DNA of 64,000 bases, taken from NCBI GenBank assembly GCA_963514005.1, contig OY740781.1, positions 113,584,001-113,648,000 on the forward strand, given 5' to 3'. Source of the DNA: Raja brachyura. Lineage: Eukaryota. A program made the position numbers and the translations under genes. Of this stretch, positions 49,650 through 63,269 are shown piece after piece; position 1 is the first letter of the stretch, and every line of letters starts with the position of its first letter. The notes beneath the pieces are model-generated. The model worked only from the letters and a program-made list of their open reading frames with translations. It made no database searches and had not been told where the DNA came from.

Positions 49650-51520
49650 TATTCTGGATTTAGTGTTGTCCAATGAACCAGATATGATAAGAGAACTCGA
49701 GGTAAAGGAACCGCTTGGAGGTAGTGATCAATCTGCAATTTGAGAAGGAGAAAGTTAAATCGGAAGTGTCAGTGATGCAGTTGAACAATGGGGACTATGA
49801 AGTCATGAGAGAGGAGCTGGCCAAGGTAGACTGGAAAGGGATCCTAGCAGAAATGATGGTGGAACAGCAATGGCTGGATTTTCTGGGCATATTCCGGAAG
49901 ACGCAGGATTATTTAATTCCACAAAGGAAGAAAGATTCTAAGGGGAGTAGGGGACAACCGTGGCTGACAAGAGAAGTTAGATAGAATAAAAGTAAAAGAA
50001 AAGATGTATAACACAGCAAAGAGTAGCCGGAAGCCAGATGATTGGGGAAACTTTAATAGGACAACAGAAGGAGACAAAACAGGCAATATGGGCTGAAAAG
50101 ATGAAGTACGAAGGGAAGCTGGCCAGGAATATAAAGAAGGACAGTAAAAGCTTCTTTAGATACGTTAAGGGAAAAAGAGTAGCAAAGCCGAATATGGGTC
50201 CCTTGAAGGCAGGCACGGGTGAACTTATTATGGGCAACAAGGAAATGGCAGAAGAGTTGAATAGTATACAAACTTAAAGCATACGGCATTAGTATACAAA
50301 CTTAAAGCATACGGCATTGGGGGTTCAGTATTGCTGTGGATAGAGAACTGGCTGGCAAACAGGAAGCAAAAGAGTAGGAGTAAACGGGTCCTTTTTACAA
50401 TGGCAGGCAGTGACTAGTAGGGTTCCGCAAGGCTCAGTGCTGGGACCCCAGCTATTTACAATATACATTAAAGATCTGGATGAGGGAATTGAAGGCAAGT
50501 TTGCGGATGACACTAAGCTGGGGGGCAGTGTTAGTTGTGAGGTGGATGCTAGGAGACTGCAAGGTGACTTGGATAGGCTGGGTGAGTGGGCAAATGTTTG
50601 GCAGATGCAGTATAATGTGGATAAATGTGAGGTTATCCACTTTGGTGGCAAAAACAGGAAAGCAGACTATTATCTAAATGTGGACAGATGCGTGGCAGTT
50701 GCATTATCATATAGATAAATGTGAGGTCATCCAGTTTACCGGCAAAAACGGGGGCAGATTATTATCTCAATGGAGTTGGGTTAGGTAAGGGGGAGGTGCA
50801 GCGAGACCTGGGTGTCCTTGTACACCGGTCACTGAAAGTTGGCTTACAGGTACAGCAGGCAGTGAAGAAAGCTAATGGAATGTTGGCCTTCATAACAAGA
50901 GGATTTCAGTATAGGAGTAAAGAGGTTCTTCTGCAGTTGTATCGGACTCTGGTGAGACCACATCTGGAGTATTGCGTACAGTTTTGGTCTCCAAATTTGA
51001 AGAAGGACAACTTTGTGATTGAGGCAGTGCAGCGTAGGTTCACGAGATTGATCCCTGGAATGGCGGGACTGTCATATGAGGAACGGTTGAAAAGACTAGG
51101 CTTGTATTCACTGGAGTTTAGAAGGATGAGGGGGATCTTAGAAACATATAAAATTATAAAAGGACTGTCTAGCTAGATGCAGGAAAAATGTTCCCAATGT
51201 TGGGCGAGTCTAGAACCAGGGGCCACAGTCTTAGAATAAAGGGGAGGTCATTTAAGACTGAGGTGAGAAAAAACTTTTTCACCCAGAGAGTTGTGAATTT
51301 GTGGAATTTCCTGCCACAGACAGCAGTGGAGGCCAAGTCACTGGATGGATTTAAGAGAGAGTTAGATAGAGCTCTAGGGGCTAGTGGGGTCAAGGGATAT
51401 GGGGAGAAGGCAGGCACGGGTTATTGATAGGGGATGATCAGCCATGATCACAATGAATGGCGGTGCTGGCTCAAAGGGCTGAATGGCCTCCATTTGCACC
51501 TATTTTCTATATTTCTATGA
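49650..51520 (+). mobile_element. CR1 LINE(s), ORF2 with internal deletion and duplications
   Basis: PWLTREV, KSFFRYVK, VPQGSVLGP, KFADDTKL, RPHLEYCVQFWSP; 3' tail. Confidence 0.93.
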
Positions 51521-52369
51521 TATGGGAATGCAGCAGACTCATGCCCAACTTGTCTATCCAACCAGCTTTTATAATTGAACTAGTTCCATTTGCCTGCTTT
51601 TGGCCAATCACCCTCTAAACTTTTCCCATCCATGTATTTATCTAAATCTCTTTTACCTCTAAAACGTCCTCTGGCAGCTCTTTCCAAATACCCACCACCC
51701 TGTGTGTGAAGAAATTACCCATCAGGTCTATTGTAATTCATTTCTCTCTCACTTTAAACCTATGCCCTCCAATTCTTGGAAAAAGATTGACCATTCACCT
51801 TATCTTTGCCGCTCATAACTTTGTGTACCTCCGTAAGGTCATCCCTCAGACTACAAACAAAATAAAATAAATGCAGGGCATAAAATTAGCTGTAAACTAA
51901 TTGAATGTAGAATACGCTAGAGAAGGTCTGTCAGCTACTCCTGCTTCTAATGTTCACATAATGGGTCAACAATAATCCAGAAACATACCTTCCAACCAAT
52001 GTCTCAAGACTCCATCATGATTCCCAATTACATCCTCTTCCACCCGCAAACCAAACCAATCAGGGTGTTTGGCACATTGATGCAGGTCATTATAATCTGC
52101 AATTTTAGGTGGCATCAGGTCAAAGTTTCTACTGATAACCACCCTTCAGCCTCTCTTGCTCAATAATTGCATCTGAATAGTTAATGGAGGAAGCACTGAG
52201 AAAACCAAGGGCACTGAGTACACTCTGAATGGGAGATCTTAATGTACATCCACCATTAGCATTTCAACAGCATCACCAATTGCCAAGCTGGCAGATTTTT
52301 TTAAGAAATTAGTGGCAAGACTAGGTGGTGAGAGAGGCAACCCTGCTGTAGTTCTACATCTACGTCTAC

Positions 52370-52705
52370 ACTTCACAATGTCTTGGCAATGCCACCAGTA
52401 TAATCAAGGACCAGTCCTTCCCGGGTCACTCTCTCTTCACCCCTCTACATCAGGCAAGAGGTACAGAGGTTTGAAAATGCATACCTCCAGATTCAGGGAC
52501 AGTTTCTTCCCAGCTGTTATCAGGCAACTGAACGGTCTTCACATCAGCTAGAGTACAGTCCTGACCTCCTATCTACCTCGTTAGAGATCTTTGAACTATC
52601 TTTAATCAGACTTTATCAATCTCCAACATTATATCTTGCATTGAGTGTTGTATTCTTTATCCTTTATCTGTGCGTTGTGGAAGACTTGATCGCATTCATG
52701 TACAG
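52370..52705 (+). mobile_element. Rex1/Babar-like 3' fragment
   Basis: SGKRYRGLKMHTSRFRDSFFPAVIRQLN. Confidence 0.75.
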
Positions 52706-54179
52706 ATGCTCCCGACTTATGATATTTTGACTTTACAATGGTGCAAACGCTCGGCAACGGCAGCGAGCCACACGTCATGTTGTATGGTACTTCCATCATA
52801 GGATAGCTTGAGAACAGATATCATAGGCTTAAAGATCTATTCCCAACCTCCTTTTAGATGATTGTTTAGTACATATTCTCAGTGAATGAAGAAACCATTT
52901 TAATTTAAGGAATATATAATTTTTCATTGTGTAAAGTTCCATCCTTTTTTATGAAACTCACAGAAATTTAAAATTTAATCTCCTAATGCTTCTTATAGTC
53001 TGATGTTATGTCATGGAAAGCTCAAATTATTTCAATGGAGAAAGGTCGTTTAAGATATATCAGCTGAGTAGTTTAATATTTTAAAAAGCACAGAATAATT
53101 TATATATATATATGTACATCAATCAATGATGCAGTTTATGTGCTGAAGATGCATTGCCAGTGGCACTGGAACCATAACATTTCATAAATTTTGTTATGTG
53201 CAATATAATTTATGATTACATTATTGAATTTTTGTTTCAAAAAGAGACATGCAGTAATTTACAAAGCACCAATTGCAGGTCTGTGTTTTAGTGCACATTA
53301 CTTTCCTTGTTACTACTATGACATTCTTTGCATGCTTTATCTGCTCAGCATGTGATTTGTGGGAAGCACAAACTACACAATGCTTAATTTCAATGACATT
53401 TGAAGTTGTGTTTAGAGTGAAATATTTAAAGGAAAATAATATATTTCAAACTGCCCTTTTGCAGTGGGCATCTCCAAGCAGATACCCTGCCCTGACATGC
53501 AGATATGTACACGTATATGCATAAATCAGTGCAGATATGCTGTTTTCGCACAGATCTATAATTTTGTAATTGAACAGTATCATTGCAAATACACACAAAT
53601 GCACAATCATACATTGTGTGAAGAATAATTTTCTTTAGAAACATCTTAGAATTTACAAATTCGCTGCTTTTTTCATCTCTAATTATGGTATTGAATTGCT
53701 TGTACTGCCCCCCCCCCGCTTTCCCCCTTGGCCACAACAGGAATATATTCACAAACAGATGTTTATGGTTGTTTCGTGCTGAGCTTCTCTCTGAACATCC
53801 CCCGCATTTCAATAAAATATTGAAAATCTTGAACTAATTGCTGAAAAATACTGATATTCACATTGTAGTAATACTGAGTGAGTAATGCTGAGTATTATGG
53901 TTACATTGAGTGCAGAGTAATATTGATAGATGGTTGCTGCATGGTAACACTGAATACAGAATAACATTGTGTTGTTAGCATAGTACAATTGAGTGGAATA
54001 GTCATTGAGTATGGCAGCATGGTAGGAGTAGAATAACAATGTGTCACATTATGGCAATACTAGGTACCAAAGCAAATAACCCAATAATAGTGAGTGCTGA
54101 GGTAACTTCATCATTGTGGCATTGTGCTGGCAAGGATCAGATCAAGACTGACGCCTTAAGACACATGAAATAGGAGCAG

Positions 54180-54490
54180 GTTTTGTTTAGTTTAGAGATA
54201 CAGCGTGGAAACAGGCCATTCGGCCCACCGACCAGCGATCCCCACACGTTAACATTATCCTGCACACACTAGGGTCAATTTTACATTTATACCAAGCCAA
54301 TCAACCTATAAAACCTGTACATCGTTGGAGTGTGGGCGGAAACCGAAGATCTCGGAGAAAACCCATGCGGTCACAGGGAGAACGTACAAACTCCATACAG
54401 ACAGCACCAGTAATCAGGATTGAACCTGGCTCTCTTGCACTGTAAATGTTGTGAGGCAGCAACTCTACTGCTGCACCATCGTGCTGCCAA
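54180..54490 (-). mobile_element. HE1/V-SINE-like SINE
   Basis: Reverse complement of the SINE at 43577; (CTAAA)n tail. Confidence 0.85.
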
Positions 54491-55044
54491 ACCAGGTGTA
54501 AGATTTTCTGGACCTCCAAGCCTGCTCTCACATTCATCAGTGTCACAGCTGATCTTCTACTTCACCACCTCACTCTTTTTTTCCATTCACCATCCATATA
54601 TCACTAGATTCTTTTAAGATCTGGATTTTTTAAAATCTCAGTCTTGAATGAGCTCAATCATTGAAGATATCCAGCCTGTTGGAGCATACATTTCTAAACA
54701 TTCATAACCCTCTGCATGAAGAAATTCTCACCCATTAGACTTATCCCATATCCTACAATAGTGAGCCCCTGGTTCTAGATTCCATATCATCATTGCATAC
54801 AGCTTGTCAAGTTCTGTAAGAATTTAGTAGGTTTCCCCACATCCTTCTAAAGTCTAGTGAGTACAGGGCCAGTCAATAATCTTCCCTCATACCCAAACTT
54901 GTCACCAGTCTAGTGAAATTTCATTGCACTTTGAGTGGCACAGATTTCCTTCTTGGATAAGGATCCCAAAACTACAGTATGTCCAATGCTCTACATGCAG
55001 TGTCATCAAGGCTGTGTGTAATTACAATAAGACAATTATATACA

Positions 55045-57070
55045 AAATATTTGCCTTTGTTAGCCAGAGCATAGAATGCAAGAGCAGGGAGGTTATAGTA
55101 CAACTATTGAAACATTAATTAGGTTACAACTGGAGTTCTTGGTGCCACACTATAGGAAGGATGTGATTTCTCTGGAAAAAATGCAAATATTCACCAGGCT
55201 GATACCTGGGCTGGAGAGAGTGGATTTGTTGTGACTGGAGCAGAGGAGCCTGTAGAGAGACCTGATAGCGGTATACAAAATTATGAAGTAGCGATGTTAC
55301 AAAACTTACCTTCAGCAGCGCTGCAGTTCTGCCACTGGCCGTTTGCGCGATTTTGGTGCCTTTGAGGGGGGGGGGGCGGGATTAAAATCCAGTTTTCTCC
55401 TGCCTGTCGGAGGTGGATTTCCTCGGGTTGCTAGCTGCTGAAGAATAATCGATCCGACTTCCGTTCCCGATTTTTTTTTAAAATCGCGGGACAATTTAAT
55501 AATTTGATTAAAATAAAAAGCGACTTCTAAGATCCTCAACGCCTACAACGTGACGGATTGCAAGAACGGGACAAAACAAAGGGTAAGTCGTCTATTTTAC
55601 ATATAAACTTGCTTCTTGGGATGGCTTTAATCTAATTTTACATTGCGAAAATGTGATTTGGGCCCCATACGAACCGGCAGTGTCTTTCCTGCCGATATGG
55701 TGTTCAAATTCACCGCAAATGCAACGTTCCAATCAATTGTGCTCCAGAAACACCCACTCGCAAAATGATTTCAATGCCATGTCATAAGAACATCTAAATC
55801 GTCTATATGTTGTGTTATTGTCTACCCATAGTCAATATTTTTATACTAAATATCATGTATTGTGCAAAAAAATTTAAATTTTGATTATATCGAGTGGATG
55901 TTTCTAGATTAATTTATGGGAATTCAACATTAAATTCCTTCCATATGGCAAATAAATTCATGACAGTGAGATTTAAAAATCATGTTATATTGTGAATTCT
56001 TGTGTGAATGGGATAAGTTTGTTATTTGGATACTTAGGCTATTTAAAAAATATATCCTTTTCTTAAGAAATGGAATCTACAGGACATTCTTAATGGGAAA
56101 GTACTGGGCAGAAAGGCATGTCATGCGTGGTTTGAAGAGCGAAAACTTGTAGTTTACAATGCCAAAATTGAAAAGGTGAGGAGAAACAAGGTGTACAGAG
56201 TTGCTTATTAGTTACAATCTGAGGAGTATGATGATGCTACTGATTATGATATGCCAATGTACCAGCTAGCAACAGATCTTCTCCATAAAGACTTGGTCTA
56301 TTGGCTAGAAATTCTAATTTATTTACCTATCTGTTACGGACTTACAGCATATAATACAATAATATTAAAGTTCTGATCTTGAGAATATCACATTTTTGAA
56401 TTTTCAAGGTAGTCTGGGTGTTTATTACTATTTCCGTCACAACGGTCAATTTTGTAATTGACTACAATTAGGTAATTAACTAATTATATGCTTTAATTTC
56501 AGGTCATCCAAGAAAGATGTTTTATATCTGTTTAAGAATGCTTCAATCTATAATAACGGAAAATTTAATTCAGTTCTCTTAATTTTTAAGAAAGGTATGG
56601 GCTTTTGACTGTCCTAGATCACAGCTTTTGTGATAAGTCGATGGAAAAGCAATAGGGAACAAGATGCTAATTTCCGAGTATGAAAATGGCCATAACTTTT
56701 TTAATACTGAAGATATGAAAGTGAATTAGGCGTCACATTAAACTTCTTTTTATGATTTATCTGATGGGATAAATTGCAGACTTGATTTTTAATATCTCAA
56801 AATTTTGTAACATTGCTATATGAAGGGCATAGATAGGAGGAAACGTTTCCACATAAGGTGTCTGAAACAAGAGGGCATTGGTTTACAGTAAGGGTTAAAG
56901 GTTTTAGAGGTGATCTAAAACGAACTTCTTCACCCAGAGGGTGGTTGAAATCTGGACCATATTTCCCGTGGATAATGGAAGCTGTCATATTTGAGAAGTA
57001 TTCAAATAAATACTTAAATTGCCGTGGCACCGATGGTTGCAGAGTCCTGATGAATTGGATTAGTATAGAT
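55045..57070 (+). mobile_element. Old CR1 fragment split by the TAG-TIR transposon
   Basis: DLIAVYKIMK | GIDR..SETRGH is continuous across the insertion. Confidence 0.75.
55289..56818. mobile_element. Unclassified TIR DNA transposon (TAG...CTA), copy 2, 7-bp TSD TATGAAG
   Basis: TIR TAGC(G/A)ATGTTACAAAA; TSD at 55282-55288 and 56819-56825; homologous to 39283-40318 with extra internal sequence. Confidence 0.9.
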
Positions 57071-60000
57071 AGGTCCCCATGTTGTAGTTCTAGCATTACT
57101 TACAGGTTATCCCCAATTCTTTCCAAATCTGTTTATCACTGAACCCTACCCTGTTATCTGGAGTGACATAACATCTTGCACTCTGCAAGAATGAAATGGA
57201 GGTTAAAAAATATCTTTCTATATATACTTGTGCATATATTTATTTGTATATATTTAAATTAAAAAAAACTATTTTCTACTTCAGATGTTATTTTAGTACC
57301 GTCACAAGAAAGTGGAGTGGCTGCTGGCTCAATCAACTAGTAGGTATTCAACCTATGTAAATCTATAAGAAAAGGGGAAATCCCTGATTTAGTCATCCAT
57401 TCTGTGCAGAGTTGGCTATTTCATCTTGAGTTGCTACATGAGGGAATGCCCCAAAGTAGAACAGGAAAAAAGAGTCAGGATTCCTATTCATCCGTCTCTG
57501 CTGAGCAATTAATGCACGTGGACATCAAATTGATTGTAACATCTTCACAGTCAAATATTAACATCAATAGTCAATGTTCAACTCAGGACTGAAGATTTGC
57601 TACTTAGATTAAGTACAGGTGGCATGGTGGGGACATGATGTTGGTGTTGTCTGTGGAACCAACCTTTAAATATTAGGCATTTCCTGGACTCCACATGAGA
57701 ATGTTACGAGTAAAGCAAACCTCTATTACAAAAGTCATAAAGTTAACGCAATTACAAGGTACACATGAGACAAGGCAAACTTAGCAGCATTTTATTTTAA
57801 ATTGTTTCAACTCTACAATTAATTTAATGAGAAAGCAATGAACTCCATAAAATGCAAACAACATTTGCTTCAATAAATGGGTTAACATTTCTGATCAGTT
57901 TAACTTCTGGCCATTTTACCCTCTTTACATTTTTGTATTCAGAGGCCAAATTCAAAATTTCCATTAACATTGACCTCAAACGTTCACTATTCGCCCCACA
58001 AGTGAGGAGGAGAATTGTGAGCCTATTGCAGCGATGATGTCGACATTACACAAAATTTAGATCTGGTTTTCTGGTTATGCAAGTAGCTGCTTCAGATTTT
58101 ATGAGGTGTTTTCTCAGGCTTTTCTCCAAATGAGATAATGCCTTAGTATTTTGTTTAGGCAAGATGCTCAACAGTTCAACGTTACTTAAGGGAGATAATT
58201 CAGAAACATGGTATAAACACTAGCTGGGCACTGTTTCAATTTTAAATTGGGCTTGGCATTATTTTACAAAATGGGTTAACCCAGCCCTTGCAGATTCCTT
58301 TTATTTTCCACCTATTTGAATCAGAAATTACACATGACTGGTATTGAAACAGCTCTAGATCGCAACTAAAAATCAATCAAATCTGTCACCTATATCTAAT
58401 GATATTGGTGTATGGTTATTCCAACGGACCATGCACAGTAGTGCTTTAGAGTCAGATTCACATTTTACTAAGGTGACATTTATTTTCATTCATCTTTGCC
58501 TTCCCTGTTATATTGGCAAATGTTGCTTAGGAGCAGGTGGATTGAAATGCTGAATACACCAAGAAGCTCTAGCTTTTTGCCGAGATCTAATATTAGGAGT
58601 ACACAAGTTTAAAATTGAATTGCATCTCCTTACAGAATTAATTGTGCACAATGCACAATTATTTATGGGCTGCTGCAAACAGGAGTTGGATATAAGTCCC
58701 AGGATTGAGTCTGCTTGGGATTCTTTTCCAAAATGAATGTGGCACATTACTCATGAGGCCAGTAACTAATCATAAACAAAATAGAACCAGATACCACAAT
58801 GTTCAAATATTCACTGTTCATAAAATACTCAAAATAATGATACAGCATCAACCTTTCTCAGAATATACTGTACAATTCAGCATTAGTTGCCAAAGCTTTA
58901 AAGAAATACATTTGAAAATTGCATTTAAAAAACTTTCTACAATTAATTATCACTCATACCACCAGCAGAAGTTATGTCCCATATTCTGAGGATGGCCCGC
59001 AATAGTGAACAGACAGAAAACGTGACAAACATGTCAGGTTAAAGGTAAAATTACAACAGAAGTGATTGCCATTTATACTGGCTAGCATGTCCATTCCCTA
59101 TTAGGTCATAGCTCTTCAAGTGCACTTCCAGGTAGCTTTAAACTATCATAGTGGTTCCTGGTTCCACAACCTCGTGGGCAATGATTTCCAGACCCCCATT
59201 TTCTTTGGGTGCCCTCCAATTATTTAACCACTTAAATCTATATCCTCTTGTTGACCACAACCAAATGAAATAGGTCTTTCCTATACACCCTTGTCTAGGT
59301 GTCTCATAACTTGTGCCCCTCAATTTGATCTTTCCTCAATCCCGTATGTTCCACAAATACGTCCCCAACGTAGTCAGTCTTTTCTCCCAACTATAATTCT
59401 TCAGCTCTGGCAACTTCCTCAAATCTCTAGCACACTTTCTCTGGGTGCCTTTAGATCTTTTCTGTAGTCTGGTGTATAACTATATACAATATTTTACTGT
59501 TGTAGCCTAATTAGTGTTTTATACAATGCTGGTGTAACTTCTGGTTTCATTTTCCATAACTCGGCTGGTAACAATAAGCGTTGTATGCCTTCTTAATCAA
59601 TCATCTATAGTCTAGAGCTTTCTTCCTCACATTGGAAATGATGCCAAAGTTGGCAATATGTTCATGATAGCTTTGATATTTAAATCTGAGCTATCCCAAA
59701 ATGCAATTATTGATGTTTTATCCCACAATAGGAGCCTTATTCTGAGCTCTACAGAAACCCTTTGAATTCTGCTTTCCTCACTAAAACTAGTTTTCTCCCA
59801 GTGAGAAACCTTAACATTTAATTTTCCACTTTTCTGTGCTTAGCATATGCTATTTCATCCTCATTAATTTACCAAAACTGGAATTTGGCAATGGGCTTTC
59901 TAAAAGTCTGTGTAGACTGCATCAATTCTGAGCCTTCATTGACCCTCCTGGTCACAACTTTAAACGTTACAATTCAATGATTCAGCCACACCTTAACCTA

Positions 60001-60706
60001 TCCATGCCACCTGCCCTGTGTTAACTTATGGTGATGTATTGACATTTTCCAATACTTTGACAATAATTGACTGCATCTGCTAGGTCTATCCTTTTCTCTT
60101 TACAAACATTGCCATTATATTATCAGTTTTTCATCCTCCAGCACAATACCTGTAACCAGAGGATCGGAAAATGGTAGACTCTGTGCTAAAGGGAACTGTG
60201 TCGCAAAGCTAAAATGTACATAGGGCACCCGACTGAAAAAGGCATTAAAGGAATTTTCAGAATTTGCTGCCGGTAATATTAATTTGTTGTCACCTTGTTA
60301 GTGAACTCCGTGGGTTATTTGATCATTAGACCATTAACTTTTCCACTTACTTGTCCTTTAACAGGGTGTGCAGATTGGCAATTCTGAGTGGAAACCATGT
60401 GCCAATTTCCTCCTCGGTATTGGATAGGCACCAAGTTCAACTGGAGCCTTCATTTTTGGTTACGCCTGTAAACTAAAATTTATATCTGTGTTGTATTGTT
60501 TGCAGGATGCACATACTAAGCCACTACGATAAATGGTATAGTATTGGTTCAATTTATTTTCTTCTTGATTTCCCATGTACTAGGTTCACAGGTCACCTCA
60601 AACATACAAGGAAAAACAAGGCTTCCATTTAATGTCCAGCACACACATGCCCCTATTCCCATGGATAGATATTTAATCCCCAGTAGGAGGCAGGCAACTT
60701 TATTTT

Positions 60707-61220
60707 GGAGAAAGACACAAAATGCTGGAGTAAATCAGCGGGTCAGGCAGCATCTCTGGAGAAAAAGAATAGGTGATGTTTTGGGTCAGGACCTTTTTTC
60801 AGACTGAAAGTAGAGAGGAGAGAACTGGAGGTAAGAAAACCCGAACAACGCAATGCTGCCACAGATGACCAAGGAAGGGTGGAGCCCATATTGACCCATT
60901 GCTGGCTGGGAAAGAGGTGATAACAAAGGAATACAAGGATGCGAACAGTGTAACTAGTAGGACGACTGGGGGGGGGGGGGGGGGGAACAGAAGAGAGGGA
61001 GTGCAAGGGGTTGGGCTCCACCCTTGGTCATCTATTGCTGGCCCTACTTTGCTCAGGCCTTGCCATACCTTCAATTCCCTTCTCTCTACTTTCAATCTGA
61101 AGAAGGGTCCTGACTCAAAACCTCACCCATCCTTTTCCTGCAGAGATGCTGCCTGATCCAGTTACTCCAGCAATTTGTGTCCCTCTTCAGTATAAGCCAG
61201 CATCTGCAGTTCCTTTCTAC
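60707..61220. mobile_element. Fold-back pair of Penelope terminal repeats with 13-bp flanking duplication
   Basis: gcaactttatttt at 60694-60706 and 61221-61233; inverted arms with degenerate hammerhead cores. Confidence 0.78.
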
Positions 61221-63078
61221 GCAACTTTATTTTTGTGTTTACTAGTGCTGACACACACAACTGCTTAATCTGTCTTCACACAGTATTGCCTTTAATGGTA
61301 CTTTTAAAGTCTCATTTACTTGGCATTCTAATTATAAGCTCTTACAATGTATTTCATTAGTATTGGTTCTTAATTTACTAAACTCAAATTGATACATGAT
61401 GGCAAAGTCAGACTTTGGTTTATTTGGATGCAAGAAAAAATATTTGGTGTAATATGCTGTTTTATGATGAATAAAATAGAAATAGTGGATACATCACAAC
61501 CTATTAAAGAGACAATTTAACTCATGAACAAGGAACAGCTGATTATCCTGGAGTAGTTCACAATCTAGTGGGCAAATGGATTACACAAGAACAGCTATTG
61601 GATGAACCCAATCTCATTGATTGCATTGCATCCATCAGAGATTTTGTTATTCTAATTTTTATATTCAATTAAATAATACAATGCTTTATGGTCACCAGAA
61701 AAGAGACAAATGGATATTTTCAAAGTTGTTATAAAGTGTGACATGTCTTACTCCATAACTATCCCTGTATCTCTTCCTTATCTCAATCTCCATGTCTCTC
61801 TCACGCATATACACATGTGTGCACACACACACCTGAAAAGCAGCTAGCTCACTGGTACCAAAACCACTGCAATTTCCTTTCAATAGTTTTTAAATAGTAG
61901 TTTCAGAAGTTAGTTCTTATTTGCACTGATTAAATGTCATTTTTGTATGCAAGTGTCTCTTAATTCTTTCTGGGGGTTTTAAGAAAGCAACATCAAGTAC
62001 ACCCAGACAGGCCTTGTCTTGGAATTGTAGTTATTTTGATTTTCAAATTTCTAAAATTTAACATATAAGCAACAAATGATAATGGAGCCAAAAGGTTTAA
62101 TTTTAAGTCCGAAAAGTTCAAAAACATGAACTCAAGTTTTTTGGAATGTTTCTCATATATTCTGTTGTTTTGTCACTTCTGTGGTAATTCCTTACCACTG
62201 AGCAAAGTATTTTCCTGCCCAATTCATATGTCTCTACATGCAAGAGATCCAACCCCAAGCACAAAGTTAATATCCTCAAATTAAAATGCAAACCATATAA
62301 TTGTTGCATGGTTTGGTTTCAAAAAAGATTAAAAAGCTATTAGTATAATCTTCCCAAAACACAATATGTGCCACATCTGATGAACCTTAGAAAAAGATTC
62401 CTATTTGTACCTCTAAAATCTCCTCATCACAGATATCTAAAAAGGACAGTTTTCCAATTCATCATCATACCAGAATTAAATAAACTCGTTTCAAATTAGA
62501 CAAAAATTGTTTACAATCACTTACACTAGGACATCACAATACCAAGACCACTCTTTTTCTTCTCAATAACTACTTCCTATTACAAAGTTTACAGTTTCAA
62601 ATAAACTAAAATACAAAATATCAACATCATCAGCACGAACATTAAAACAATATCTTGTTAGCTTAAATCACTTCAAGCCCAAAACATTAAAGTTGATTTT
62701 ATTGCAAGAGCATTGCTTTAGCTTGCTAGAGTAGGAAACATTTCACAAGCCTGCTTGATGAATTCATTATACTGATAGTTTACTGATGCAAACTTGATTG
62801 ATATACAGTTTATTGATTAGACAATGTATAGGATATTTCTGCCACTTAATACACAAGACCACTGATGGCAGACTAAGCAGGGCTTATGCTGTCGGTAGAA
62901 TATAGTCGACATACTCAGGGACTGGAAGGAGTTAAATTGAGAGAAAATTGAACAGGCCATAAAGCAAAATGCACTATCATTTTTCACAAGCTTGAAATGC
63001 AATGACATTTCCAAGTCAAAATAACAACAAATTTAAACGTACGGACACTCTGCTTGGAATTTTGAGACTTGTTTCTTT

Positions 63079-63269
63079 TCAAGCACTTTCATCCCCAGTC
63101 CTCAATTTGCGTGCTTCAATCATTTGCTTTGAGGCTTGTTTTCGATCACTTGCCAAACCTAGCCAACACATGAAATCGATAAAGCACGTTGTTGGGTTCA
63201 GCCGCAACCCAAATTCACTTGTTGAGTAGTCGAATGGAAACGTATGGTGATAGTTGTGGAATCCTTCTC
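63079..63269 (-). CDS. SCD5: Stearoyl-CoA desaturase 5, last coding exon
   Basis: GEGFHNYHHTFPFDYSTSEFGLRLNPTTCFIDFMCWLGLASDRK...EARKLRTGDESA*; third His box; SCD5-type FPFDYS.SEFG and short C-terminus; tacag acceptor, phase 1. Confidence 0.95.
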
